64,000 nucleotides of DNA, from contig OZ243938.1 in NCBI GenBank assembly GCA_965214095.1, positions 2,336,001 to 2,400,000 of the forward strand, in the 5' to 3' direction. This document shows, piece after piece, positions 19,851-29,568 of the stretch. The DNA comes from Candidatus Poribacteria bacterium (GTDB lineage Bacteria; Poribacteria; WGA-4E; WGA-3G). Position 1 is the stretch's first letter. Each line of letters starts with the position of its first letter. The notes beneath the pieces were generated by a model. The model was not told where the DNA came from. It saw nothing but the letters and a program-made list of their open reading frames with translations, and did no database searches. The position numbers and the translations under genes are program-made.

Positions 19851-21338
19851 CATAGGCGTCAATTTAGTGATTTTTTGCTGCATTTTCAAGGTGTTCTAAT
19901 GTTGTGTCTCTATTAGCACGTCTCTCAATGTAGCACCCATTTTGGAAAGCGTGTTTTATTTCATCAAAAGTTTGCCGAAAAGACATTATAGACTTGCGGA
20001 AACCTATTGCAAGTGTGCGTGCGAAGGTGCTAATAAGTTCTGCTGTTTTTGTTAGACTATGTTTTAGACATCGCCAACCGACCCTTAACATGATCCAGTG
20101 CCGCATAATTGCGACGATGAGTTTTGCATATAACTCACATAAGATTCTATATGGCTTGTCGCTACGGGAGGTATCAACTTTTCCAATGCTTTTGAAGCAC
20201 TTGAACATCAACTCAACCTGCCATCGGATGCGTGCGACAGCACAAATCTGTTCAGCAGTCAGATGGTCTACTTTTATATTAGTAATGTAGATATTCCATC
20301 TTGCGAGCTGAAGTCGTTTGGGTGAAGGTTTCGTATACTTCCGCTTTGCACGATGTTTTATCTCCTTAATACGCTGTTGGGTTTCTGTTTCTGAAAGTCT
20401 TTGAACAACTAATCGTGCTTTGAGACGCTTGTTTTTACCTATAAAGATTTGTTTGTCCTTGAAGTTATTAGAACCCTTCTTGAGCCATTTTAGCAAACAA
20501 AAAGGGTCACCTGTTTCATCATAGAGAAAACACTGGACTTTGTAGCGTGATATCCAAAAGACGTTTGCATCGGAAAGTCTTTTGAAGGTATCAAGTGAAT
20601 AATAGCCGAGGTCTGCGAGGCGCAAACTGCCGGCGGGTAGCATGTCAATCTGCTTTTCAATAGCACTATCAGCGGTGATACCATTGGTCAGTTCAAAGTG
20701 TTCAAAAGTGCCTGTGGCACTATCAAAACGCAGGTGGAGTTTCACGGCAGCTGTGTTCGGTTTATTCTTTTTGCTTCCACCTTCCCAAGTTTCGTGGAGC
20801 ACATCAGGGAGTGTAATCCAAGAACTATCTTGTAAATAGACACCAGTGAACTTTTCAAGGAGCGGAAGCGTTTGCGGGTCGGCAGAAATAACCTTGGACG
20901 CAGTAGCATCAAGGATAACTTTCAGGGTCTCTGCTGCTTCAGATGTAAATCGTTGTTCAATGGCTTGTCGTGAGATTGAAATCCCCAGCACACCAGCGGT
21001 TTGCGCAAGTTGTGTATAGGTGGCATCTGGGTTTTCTAACCAAGTCCAAATGAGTATTTGAGCAAAACGACTACCGTTGAGTTTACAACTTCTTTTGACA
21101 AAACCTGTATTGAGAGCTGCATCATTGGCTATAGTTGTAAGAATATGTTGCATTTCTTTGGGAACTTGTGATAATGTATTCATTAGGAAACACCTCTTTG
21201 TAGACCATAATAAATCTATATCTACATTATATATGAGGTGTTTTCATTTTTACAGAAGTTTTATTTCATAATTTATACTTCCTCTGATTAAAAGTTGACA
21301 CTTATCGGTCTTGGTGCATCCTTAAATTGACGCCTATG
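19851..21338 (-). mobile_element. IS4-family insertion sequence, copy 2 (1488 bp), 20-bp TSD
   Basis: TIRs CATAGGCGTCAATTTA / TAAATTGACGCCTATG; GTTCGGTTAGGAAACCGAAC at 19831-19850 and 21339-21358. Confidence 0.93.
19864..21183 (-). CDS. IS4-family DDE transposase (one residue differs from copy 1)
   Basis: ETGDPF vs ETGAPF; otherwise the same translation. Confidence 0.93.
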   Translation of the reverse strand: MNTLSQVPKEMQHILTTIANDAALNTGFVKRSCKLNGSRFAQILIWTWLENPDATYTQLAQTAGVLGISISRQAIEQRFTSEAAETLKVILDATASKVISADPQTLPLLEKFTGVYLQDSSWITLPDVLHETWEGGSKKNKPNTAAVKLHLRFDSATGTFEHFELTNGITADSAIEKQIDMLPAGSLRLADLGYYSLDTFKRLSDANVFWISRYKVQCFLYDETGDPFCLLKWLKKGSNNFKDKQIFIGKNKRLKARLVVQRLSETETQQRIKEIKHRAKRKYTKPSPKRLQLARWNIYITNIKVDHLTAEQICAVARIRWQVELMFKCFKSIGKVDTSRSDKPYRILCELYAKLIVAIMRHWIMLRVGWRCLKHSLTKTAELISTFARTLAIGFRKSIMSFRQTFDEIKHAFQNGCYIERRANRDTTLEHLENAAKNH

Positions 21339-21530
21339 GTTCGGTTAGGAAACCGAACCTACCGGTACTTGGAAGGACGCTAAATTGACGCCTATGGTTC
21401 GATTTCCTAACCGAACCGGTGTTTGTTCAGTCTCATAGATGCGGTTAGGAAACCGCATCTACCGAGGAGTACACGTGTTTTTACATTTCACCATAACGCT
21501 TGACTAAGCACTATCGCGTAAGTCTTGTTC

Positions 21531-23519
21531 CTACCAAGTATATGCTATTTTTGTGAACAGTTGGTTCACAGTCTCATCTGCATCTTGGTCTCCGTAGACG
21601 AGATATAGCACGATGTCTTCCAAGAACATATACTTAAAGACAGCATTTAGGTTCGGTTTATGATCTCCTCCTGAACGCAATCGGAATGTAATCCACTTTT
21701 CTCTGCCAATCTCAAAGTTTGCACTTGATCGCAGTGAAAACTTATAGGTATTTTCTCCATCAGGAAAAGTCTGCCACAGATTCTCTCCTTCAATTCCTAT
21801 GGATAGAAATTTGAAAGGAATTAGATTCATCGCGGTTGTTACAAACGTTGCTGTAGCACCTTCAAATTCACCATATTGACAGACGACAAAGATGCGATCT
21901 GGATTTTGTCGGTTGTATACTGCCTGCGCTGCAACAACCCAGTTATTGTAAACATCATACGACCAATTTCTAACAAAAAACCCGGTCTGATATTTTTCAC
22001 CTAAATCGAATTCCATCAGTTGAAAATGGTCTCCACGTATCCTTTCACCTTCATGATTCCAAGTGAGATTTTGGACAGATTCAAATTTGATCGTCTGCAA
22101 TACACCTTTATTTAAGTGCCAACGATATACACCCCAAAAACTTGGTTGTCTTATGTCCGTGAGCCGGACTAATCCGTTGATAGGTTTGAATCCATCCGAT
22201 ATATCTCTATATGCAAGACTGAAAATCGGATTCCCTCTACGATTGATTTCAGCTAAGATTGCACGCCGATCCGTTGCGTCTGGTTCCCAGTTTCCTGCAT
22301 AATTTGCTATAAAATTGAAATCTTTTGGCAGACGAATTCTCGTATCAACCGATGCTGAACGGTTATATGACTCGCTTACTTCTTTTGATGCAAAAAACAA
22401 TCCAACTGATGAGGAATTCCCCGCATCCCATAACCCGCGTGCCAAGATGTTATGACTGTCATCTTCGGTCTCTTGAACATGCATAAGTCCGTAAGTTGCT
22501 CTCCCTGTCTTTCCGATGAGTTTAGCACCGTAGTCTATCTCACCAATACGACGACTGTAAAATAGAGATATGGGTGCTCTAAAAATTCGTCCATCCTCTT
22601 GGAAGAAAGGTCTACGGTCTGTCAATCGCTGCTCAAGATCGGATAAAACGATACCTTGAACTTCAGATTCAATATGACTGAAATCTGGATTTAATGTGCC
22701 AATGATAGACGTGCTTGTGGTTATTCGGTAAGTACCATCTACACCTATTGCTGGCGTTAATTTGTCTGCTAAGGCTTCAGAATTTGATGTGTTATCATAT
22801 CTTGCTGATAAATATCCACCAAGTTCAATCTGCTTTCCAATATTCTTTAGATCAAGTTCAATGTTCGTCAGGGTGCCGAATCGATTTGCATCAGAGACGT
22901 TGACACCCGTATCAGCCCAAGTGCTTGTGCGATCCAAACTTTGATGTCGACGCACGATATTTAGTCCCCATGTCTGCTTTGCTACGCGTGGTAGATCAAG
23001 GATTTGATATGGAATTTTCATCTCTACTATCCAAGCAGTATCTGTTATCGATGCTGCAGCTGTCCATTCTCCATCCCATCCGAGGTCACCTTGTTTTTCA
23101 TCCAGTTGCGTGCCAAGCGGGTTAACAGCAAATCCGTAAGTCCGTTGTTTATCATGGTATGTGTCAAGATAGATTGCGACATGATCTTCAAATTTGAAAC
23201 TTCCATCTCTTCGTGTCTGATTAGCAATCATTGTTGACTTGTCTTGAAAACAGCGAAAACCGACATAAAGTGCTACATCATCATGGACAATGTAGACTTG
23301 AGTTTGATCTGGCACTGTCGTTTTCAATTCTGCAACCAAGAATCTTTCAATTGGTGTTGCTTGTTGCCATGCACTTTCTTCCAATTTCCCATCTATTAGT
23401 AGTTTTGCTTCAACTTTTTGCCATGCTATCGTTTGAGAATATGCATTTTTATGCATAAGAAAAAAACAACAGATAGTACAGTAAAATAGTAATATCCATT
23501 TGTCAGCTAAATTTATCAT
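21531..23519 (-). CDS. CBM9-like / DUF5916 outer-membrane protein
   Basis: 'IDGKLEESAW', 'YLDTYHD...FAVNPLGTQLD', 'LNPDFSHIE', 'RRPFFQE', 'LFYSRRIG'; C-terminal aromatic 'KIAYTW'. Confidence 0.8.
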   Translation of the reverse strand: MINLADKWILLFYCTICCFFLMHKNAYSQTIAWQKVEAKLLIDGKLEESAWQQATPIERFLVAELKTTVPDQTQVYIVHDDVALYVGFRCFQDKSTMIANQTRRDGSFKFEDHVAIYLDTYHDKQRTYGFAVNPLGTQLDEKQGDLGWDGEWTAAASITDTAWIVEMKIPYQILDLPRVAKQTWGLNIVRRHQSLDRTSTWADTGVNVSDANRFGTLTNIELDLKNIGKQIELGGYLSARYDNTSNSEALADKLTPAIGVDGTYRITTSTSIIGTLNPDFSHIESEVQGIVLSDLEQRLTDRRPFFQEDGRIFRAPISLFYSRRIGEIDYGAKLIGKTGRATYGLMHVQETEDDSHNILARGLWDAGNSSSVGLFFASKEVSESYNRSASVDTRIRLPKDFNFIANYAGNWEPDATDRRAILAEINRRGNPIFSLAYRDISDGFKPINGLVRLTDIRQPSFWGVYRWHLNKGVLQTIKFESVQNLTWNHEGERIRGDHFQLMEFDLGEKYQTGFFVRNWSYDVYNNWVVAAQAVYNRQNPDRIFVVCQYGEFEGATATFVTTAMNLIPFKFLSIGIEGENLWQTFPDGENTYKFSLRSSANFEIGREKWITFRLRSGGDHKPNLNAVFKYMFLEDIVLYLVYGDQDADETVNQLFTKIAYTW

Positions 23520-23583
23520 TTTTTTCCTCTGATATATTTGTAAAAAAAAAATGGCACAAAACATAAAATATGGAGAAAGGGAA

Positions 23584-23713
23584 TACCTGTATGAAGATTA
23601 AATTTATTAAACGGGTAATTCTCATTTTCTCAAACCCGGTAGGTGCGGTTTCCTAACCGCATCGGATATCTCAAGGAAATTACCCAATTTATTTCTTAAT
23701 CTTCATTAAGGTA
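23584..23713. mobile_element. MITE-G (TIR TACC..ATGAAGATTAA) with a GTAGGTGCGGTTTCCTAACCGCA hairpin
   Basis: Terminal inverted repeats; left half recurs at ~57315-57372. Confidence 0.6.
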
Positions 23714-23888
23714 TTTTCAACCAATTATAGTTTAGCACCAATTCTTATAGGTTTGTTTAATTGTGTATTGTGTCACAGTGTGTTGTTAGGTTTAGTATGT
23801 TGTTATATTTATGGTAGATTATTGAATTAATTGGACGTTTTGGATATGTAGAAGTGAACTCCGATTCACGATTATCACTGAATTAAGT

Positions 23889-24078
23889 GAGGAGTGTGCA
23901 TAAAGAAAAGCAATCTCAAATATGGTCTTAAAAGTAGTAGGCACGCTCCGCGTGCCGTCCACAAAATCAAAGCATCTCAATAGATTATACTGCCACAAAT
24001 GTGACAATTACATATAAAGAAATACTTGATGAGAGACGCAGCCAATGTTGGCACATAATATATTTATGCACACCCCTC
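23889..24078. mobile_element. MITE-F (190 bp, TIR GAGGRGTGTGCATAAA, 8-bp TSD AATTAAGT) with GTAGGCACGCTCCGCGTGCC hairpin
   Basis: TSD at 23881-23888 and 24079-24086; second copy at 25684-25873. Confidence 0.85.
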
Positions 24079-24200
24079 AATTAAGTCGCGATTCGGAGAT
24101 CGCTCCTACAGTGACGTGTATAATTCATAATTCAGTAGATTATATACACAATCTAACAGAATATCTATTATTGGCGAAGGTATTACTTGTAGAAGCGATG

Positions 24201-25574
24201 TTAAAACGTACTATCGCGAGTGGTAATCGGACACCAACGAGATGAATGGAGATAACGCACCAACACATCTTTTGCAGCCGAAGTGCCGATACGGTAAAGC
24301 GCATGCGCCGCATTACCACGGATATAACGGTTGTCATCAAAAAGCAGATTTTCCAAACCTTCAACAGCATCCGCAGCATGCTCCCCGATTCGACATAACG
24401 CAAACACCGCATTACGTCTAACACCATCATTTTGGGATTCTAATGCCTCTATCAATTTCGGCACCGCTAATGAACCTGATTGACTCGTCGTACCTAACGC
24501 CTCAATCGCACGCACACGGACATTGGCAGATTCATCCTCTAACGACTCAACCAAATCAGGAACAGCTGGTTCCGCCTTCGTTCCAAGGTCTCCGAGTGCT
24601 TCTGCAGCATTCGCACGAACGCCTTCAGGGGCATCTTTCAATGCATTACGTAGCACATCAACAGCAGGTGAACCCATTGCGTTCAACGCATAACACGCAT
24701 TACGACGCGTCATATCCGATTCTTCATAAAGACACCTTACCAACGGACGAACCGCTTCTTCTCCAAACTTCGGTACTTGATAGGCAGCCCGCAATCCAAC
24801 GGATTCAGTCTCACCATTCATCGCACTTATCAAACCTGACAACGTTTCACCATTAGGAGAAGCCGATGTATCAGCACCCTTTGAACCGAGGTGCCAGTTC
24901 CAAAGATGCTCAAACATGTCCTGATGTTCCGCAGGTCCAAGTGCTGTTCCGTTTGACCATGATGTTTCCTTATTTGCCCACGTCGGTTCCTGCGGTTCAA
25001 CCATTCGCGCATAGAGAAACTTCATCATATAACGTCTCTCTTCAGTCTGGTTCGGCATTGCGCGATGCCATAGATCATAATTCGCGAATACCACGGAACC
25101 CGCTTTCCCAGTAATAGGATATTCGGGAGATATTTGCGAACCTTCATTCGTGCTGAAATAATGACTTATTGGAACAACGCCAGTCGGCCCTCGTTCCACA
25201 GGTGTATCTTGTGGGTAATAGAAAACAAGCATCCGACGTGTATGATGTGACCACCTTTTGCCACCATCTTGATGCATTCCCTGTCCATTACTACCGGGCG
25301 GATTGTAATGCGGATGCCGATGTGGTTGCATGTAGTAATCCGGTCCCAATAAACTTGTCAATGCACCTTTCACGTTAGCATCGTCAAAGACTCTCTGAAT
25401 TTCTGGTATTCTCGGTAAAAGATTGTTACCCGGATTGCCCTCTTTATCAAACACTGCTGCTGTTCTTTGAAAAACGTCTTCATGAAATGCAGCGGGCAAA
25501 TCTGTATTCACAGTAACAAATCCGTTTACGATAAATTCACGCATCTGTGCGTCTGTTAAAAGGTTTTCTGCCAT
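24201..25574 (-). CDS. PhyH-family Fe/2OG dioxygenase fused to HEAT repeats
   Basis: HQD...LWH facial triad; C-terminal repeats 'VRANAAEALGDLG', 'VRVRAIEALG'; GGAGG RBS before MAENL. Confidence 0.88.
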   Translation of the reverse strand: MAENLLTDAQMREFIVNGFVTVNTDLPAAFHEDVFQRTAAVFDKEGNPGNNLLPRIPEIQRVFDDANVKGALTSLLGPDYYMQPHRHPHYNPPGSNGQGMHQDGGKRWSHHTRRMLVFYYPQDTPVERGPTGVVPISHYFSTNEGSQISPEYPITGKAGSVVFANYDLWHRAMPNQTEERRYMMKFLYARMVEPQEPTWANKETSWSNGTALGPAEHQDMFEHLWNWHLGSKGADTSASPNGETLSGLISAMNGETESVGLRAAYQVPKFGEEAVRPLVRCLYEESDMTRRNACYALNAMGSPAVDVLRNALKDAPEGVRANAAEALGDLGTKAEPAVPDLVESLEDESANVRVRAIEALGTTSQSGSLAVPKLIEALESQNDGVRRNAVFALCRIGEHAADAVEGLENLLFDDNRYIRGNAAHALYRIGTSAAKDVLVRYLHSSRWCPITTRDSTF

Positions 25575-25683
25575 TTTCATTTCCTCCAAAGGATATTGTG
25601 TGTCACTGACTAAACCTAAATTTGAATTAGTATGTCATTAATTTGCACGTTTTACAACAAAAAATGTTCATGCTTAAATAAAT

Positions 25684-25873
25684 GAGGAGTGTGCATAAAG
25701 AAAAGCAATCTCAAATATGGTCTTAAAAGTAGTAGGCACGCTCCGCGTGCCGTCCACAAAATCAAAACGTCTCAATAGATTATACTGCTACGAAGGGAAC
25801 AATTACATATAAAGAAATACTTGATGAGAGACGCAGCCAATGATGGCACATAATATATTTATGCACACCTCTC
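25684..25873. mobile_element. MITE-F copy 2
   Basis: Same 190-bp element; flanks AAATAAAT / AGATAAAT. Confidence 0.85.
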
Positions 25874-25921
25874 AGATAAATTGTGATATACTATCTACTA
25901 AATTATATAAAGGTACAGAAT

Positions 25922-27121
25922 ATGGGAAGATCATTTGAAAAATCGTTGGCATGGCGAGAACGTGCAAAAACTGCATTAGTCGGCGGTGGACAACCCCACA
26001 AACAGAGCAACCCACCGCAACCTATTATGGTCGCAGGTGGCAAAGGTGCGCATTTTTGGGATGCTGATGGAAACGACTATATTGATTATCTAATGGGATA
26101 CGGACCGATGATTCTCGGACACGCCTATCCTACCGTGATTGAAGCTGTCGCAAAGGCATTGGAACGTGGCAACGTCTATAACTTCGGACACACATTGGAA
26201 ATTGAACTCGCAGAAAAACTTGTTGAGATTATTCCATCGGCAGATAAGGTCGCATACTTTGTCGGTGGTTCCGATGCAACCACTGGCGCACTTAAGTTTG
26301 CTCGTGCCTATACCGAAAGAGAAAAGGTGATCCGATGTGGTTACCACGGTTGGCACGATTGGTGTCACAACACGCGGGGACACTTACCGAGTAGTGCTGC
26401 AGCAACGCTCAGCGTTCCTTTCAACGACATTGACGCACTTGAAGACCTATTTAAGGAACATCCCGGAGAAATTGCCTGCTTGATTATGGAACCATCAGGA
26501 CACGACCTGCCAGCCGAAGGGTATTTGGAAAACGTCAAATCCGTTGTGAATACTAACGATGCGCTATTAATATTTGATGAAGTTAAAACTGGATTTCGAT
26601 ACGCTTTAGGTGGTGCACAGGAGTATTTCGGTGTCACACCTGATATGTCGGTTTTTGGGAAGGCATTGGCAAACGGATTTGCTACCGCTGTCGTTGTCGG
26701 AAGGAAAGATATTATGGATGAAGTTGCTGGCGTATGGGTCGCCGCTACCTTCCACGGAGAGGTGTCACTCGTTGCCGCTGCTATTGCTACAATTGCAGAA
26801 TTGGAAGCGAAAGACGGCGTAACTTTTATGTGGAAACAGGGACAAAAATTATTAGATGGCTATAGAGAAATGACAGACAGATTGGGTATTGACCAAGCGC
26901 GTATCGGTGGAATTGGACCCATGCCTTTCTTTGGGCTGAATGCTGATGGTGAAAAGCAAGGTCAATTCCGAAGAACATTCTATGAAGCAACATTAGACGG
27001 TGGATTGTATCTACCTGAAGGACATATTTGGTTTATGTCCATTTCACACACAGACGAAGACATTGATAAGACATTGAATGTTTCGGAAGATGCACTCAAA
27101 AAGGCGAAAGCAAAAACATAA
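25922..27121 (+). CDS. Class III aminotransferase (glutamate-1-semialdehyde aminomutase-like)
   Basis: 'WDADGNDYIDY', 'GYHGWHD', 'IFDEVKTGFR', 'FGKALANG'. Confidence 0.9.
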   Translation: MGRSFEKSLAWRERAKTALVGGGQPHKQSNPPQPIMVAGGKGAHFWDADGNDYIDYLMGYGPMILGHAYPTVIEAVAKALERGNVYNFGHTLEIELAEKLVEIIPSADKVAYFVGGSDATTGALKFARAYTEREKVIRCGYHGWHDWCHNTRGHLPSSAAATLSVPFNDIDALEDLFKEHPGEIACLIMEPSGHDLPAEGYLENVKSVVNTNDALLIFDEVKTGFRYALGGAQEYFGVTPDMSVFGKALANGFATAVVVGRKDIMDEVAGVWVAATFHGEVSLVAAAIATIAELEAKDGVTFMWKQGQKLLDGYREMTDRLGIDQARIGGIGPMPFFGLNADGEKQGQFRRTFYEATLDGGLYLPEGHIWFMSISHTDEDIDKTLNVSEDALKKAKAKT

Positions 27122-27143
27122 TTCATTAGAATAGGAAACTATT

Positions 27144-28016
27144 ATGGAACAACCAACAGATTATACAAAACCTTTTATTGTTGATAAGAATTTGGGAGCA
27201 GCACTTGACATAGACAATGCTGCGCTACCACAAACTACCTCCGATGGTTCACCTGTCGTCCCACCAACACAGGAGCAGAAATATCTGTTTGATATGCGTG
27301 GGTGGCTGTTAGTACCCGGTGTATTGATAGGTGATGAACTGGAAGAGATACAGGAGTTTTGCCACCGACTACGTCATGATCCTGAGTCTATTCCAGATTA
27401 CGAACGTACACCTCTCGGCGGTCCGATGCAAAAATTAGCCGATCATCCAAATGTCGTCGGTTTTCTAAACGAATTCCTTGCACATCCAGCCTTATCAAGT
27501 CCAGAATGTTACGGTTTCAGAATGGAATCCTGCCACATGTTCTATCGCACGGTTGGGGATGGCAACTTTGGACCACACAACGGCAACGGCATGCTCCGTT
27601 TCCCCGGAGATTCGCACCTCTATCGGTGTATTCCGGGCAGGGGATATAGCGGTTTAACTCGTATTGTTTGGGAACTTAATCCTGTCAAATATAGACAAGG
27701 CGGTACTCTGTTCGTTACAGGAAGCCATAAGGCTGTTTATACTGCACCTGAAAGTATCCGAACTCCGGATTCTCAAATTTGGGATACCTACGAGTGTCCT
27801 GCAGGTTCGTTGCTCTTTTTCACTGAGGCATTGACGCATAGCACACACAAATGGACAAATGAGGATAATAATCGGATGGCAATTTTTAGTTGCTATAATA
27901 CTGTGAATAGCAAATGGCACGATTGGAACCCACACCCAAAACTGCTGGAGGAGATGCCACCGAAACGGCAGACCCTCTTTAGACCTGTCCGCGCCGCGAA
28001 TAACCTAATACAGTAA
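27144..28016 (+). CDS. PhyH-like Fe/2OG oxygenase with atypical H-N-G motif
   Basis: 'KYLFDMRGWL', 'GSHK', 'PAGSLLFFTEALTH', 'R' at 244. Confidence 0.8.
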   Translation: MEQPTDYTKPFIVDKNLGAALDIDNAALPQTTSDGSPVVPPTQEQKYLFDMRGWLLVPGVLIGDELEEIQEFCHRLRHDPESIPDYERTPLGGPMQKLADHPNVVGFLNEFLAHPALSSPECYGFRMESCHMFYRTVGDGNFGPHNGNGMLRFPGDSHLYRCIPGRGYSGLTRIVWELNPVKYRQGGTLFVTGSHKAVYTAPESIRTPDSQIWDTYECPAGSLLFFTEALTHSTHKWTNEDNNRMAIFSCYNTVNSKWHDWNPHPKLLEEMPPKRQTLFRPVRAANNLIQ

Positions 28017-28024
28017 AGAATTGA

Positions 28025-29209
28025 ATGTTTATATATTTCAGACATAACATAATCAGCGTGTTAGTTGTTTTCACTAATTTATGCTTTTGTTTCGGTTGCG
28101 AATGGATTCCAACTGAGGTAATCACGACTGTTCCTGTTGAAAAAGCAGCAGTTGCAACCATCTCGGCAATGGATGGAAGTGATTTGATAGGCACAGCCAC
28201 ATTCACAGATATAGACGGTGGTGTTCACGTCAGGATAGAGATTCAGCATGTATCTCCCGGTTTACATGCCACACATCTCCATCTTGGCAGTTGCGACGAC
28301 ATAGGACCGCACTGGCATCCTATGGATATTCCAGCAGGAACAGTCGGTGTACCTGTCGCTGAATCGACACTTGATGCTCCACCTGTCGGTATAGGTGAAA
28401 TAGGCAACATTCCAGTAGTTGAAGATGGTACGGGTAGCTTGGAATTTACAACCCCGTTCTGGTCTGTCGGCGGCGATCCAAACACAGATATTCTCGGTAA
28501 ACTGATACTTATCCACGAGACCGGTGATACCTTCCGGACAAATCCGCACGCGCACAATGCTGCCGGAATACATACCCATAATATCGCACAAATGCCTACA
28601 GATATGGAAACGCCACAAGCAACCCATGCTTGCACACTCGCAGTGCTTGGACAGCAGATTGATTTGAATGTAGATCACCACCTCCCCGGTCAAGCTGTGA
28701 ATCCACATACCCATGATTTGTTGGAACTCTTACTAAAATGTTTCCTGAAACCTGAACAATTAACTAATCCCGCAATTCTGACTACGATCCCGTTTAAAGG
28801 TTCATCGGAGCATCAAGCATTTCTGAATATTGAACCGAAAACTTTAGCCGCCTATCACAACTTTTTTGCCTCTTTAGGTATGCCCGTAGACCCAGATTTC
28901 TTCACAAACCAATTCCAACAGACATTTCCCTCCACAACTCCTGATGCCTATAAACAGGAGATGCAACAGCGGTTAACACATCTATATATCACATCAGGTT
29001 TTGATTTTCATAATCCTGTTGATTTATTGGGGTATAACTTGCTGATAACCAGTTTTTTGGATGCGCGTACGACTGCGTGGGTGTTAGGATATTTCCAAGG
29101 GGATGATGTAGCGTTTGGTGAGTGGATCGTTGAAGTGCTAAGTGCTGTGCAGGTGAGACCGGGTGGCGGGGCACGCATCGGCTGTGGTGTGATTGAGTTG
29201 GTAGAGTGA
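28025..29209 (+). CDS. Cu/Zn-superoxide-dismutase-family lipoprotein with a ~200-aa insertion
   Basis: 'GLHATHLH', 'GPHWHP', 'GEIGNI', 'ILIHETGD', terminal 'GGGARIGCGVI'; lipobox-like FGC. Confidence 0.82.
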   Translation: MFIYFRHNIISVLVVFTNLCFCFGCEWIPTEVITTVPVEKAAVATISAMDGSDLIGTATFTDIDGGVHVRIEIQHVSPGLHATHLHLGSCDDIGPHWHPMDIPAGTVGVPVAESTLDAPPVGIGEIGNIPVVEDGTGSLEFTTPFWSVGGDPNTDILGKLILIHETGDTFRTNPHAHNAAGIHTHNIAQMPTDMETPQATHACTLAVLGQQIDLNVDHHLPGQAVNPHTHDLLELLLKCFLKPEQLTNPAILTTIPFKGSSEHQAFLNIEPKTLAAYHNFFASLGMPVDPDFFTNQFQQTFPSTTPDAYKQEMQQRLTHLYITSGFDFHNPVDLLGYNLLITSFLDARTTAWVLGYFQGDDVAFGEWIVEVLSAVQVRPGGGARIGCGVIELVE

Positions 29210-29235
29210 GATCTTGTTGTTGGAATTCAAGTATA

Positions 29236-29568
29236 TTAACGCAGAATGAACAATCCAGAATTGGCATCTCTCGTGAATTCTTCAATATCAACGAAATGTT
29301 TTCTCATCTTTTGTTCAACGGTACTCGTGGAGCAATTCCCTAACCTGAGCCAAATTACTTTTGGAGGATATCCGTGAATAATGCTCATGTTACTAAAGTC
29401 TGTGTCCTTTGAAACAATAAGATAGTCGTTATCACGAGCATAATTCCATAACTCAACATCCATGGCATCAGTTAAATCTATTGATTTGACATGTGTGGAA
29501 TTAGGAAACAGATCATCCAGCAGCGTCACTAGTTGGTCCGATAGGTTCTGATCGAATAGAAGTTTCAT
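29236..29568 (-). CDS. DUF5615 PIN-like toxin
   Basis: 'MKLLFDQNLS', 'IVSKDTDF', 'PPKVIWLRLGN'. Confidence 0.88.
   Translation of the reverse strand: MKLLFDQNLSDQLVTLLDDLFPNSTHVKSIDLTDAMDVELWNYARDNDYLIVSKDTDFSNMSIIHGYPPKVIWLRLGNCSTSTVEQKMRKHFVDIEEFTRDANSGLFILR

Larger units (their letters stand above)
19717..21396. mobile_element. MITE-B (172 bp net) with the IS4 element's TIRs and an internal REP pair; 20-bp TSD
   Basis: CATGGGCGTCAATTTAG ... CTAAATTGACGCCTATG; TSD 19697-19716 vs 21397-21416 (1 mismatch). Confidence 0.85.
19660..21495. mobile_element. MITE-A interrupted by MITE-B, itself interrupted by IS4 copy 2
   Basis: Removing the inserts regenerates, with few mismatches, the reverse complement of 63366-63503. 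Confidence 0.85.

Noticed and set aside
15009-21338. Composite transposon: two direct IS4 copies flanking the lipoprotein and sigma-clamp genes
   Set aside because: Each copy has its own distinct 20-bp TSD on both sides, so they are independent insertions. They could still mobilise or delete the interval later.
23889-25873. MITE-F composite transposon carrying the PhyH-HEAT gene
   Set aside because: Each MITE-F copy has its own 8-bp flanking duplication.
25922-27121. Calling the aminotransferase hemL
   Set aside because: The YHGWHD motif and divergent N-terminus suggest a GSA-like paralogue; there is no tetrapyrrole gene context.
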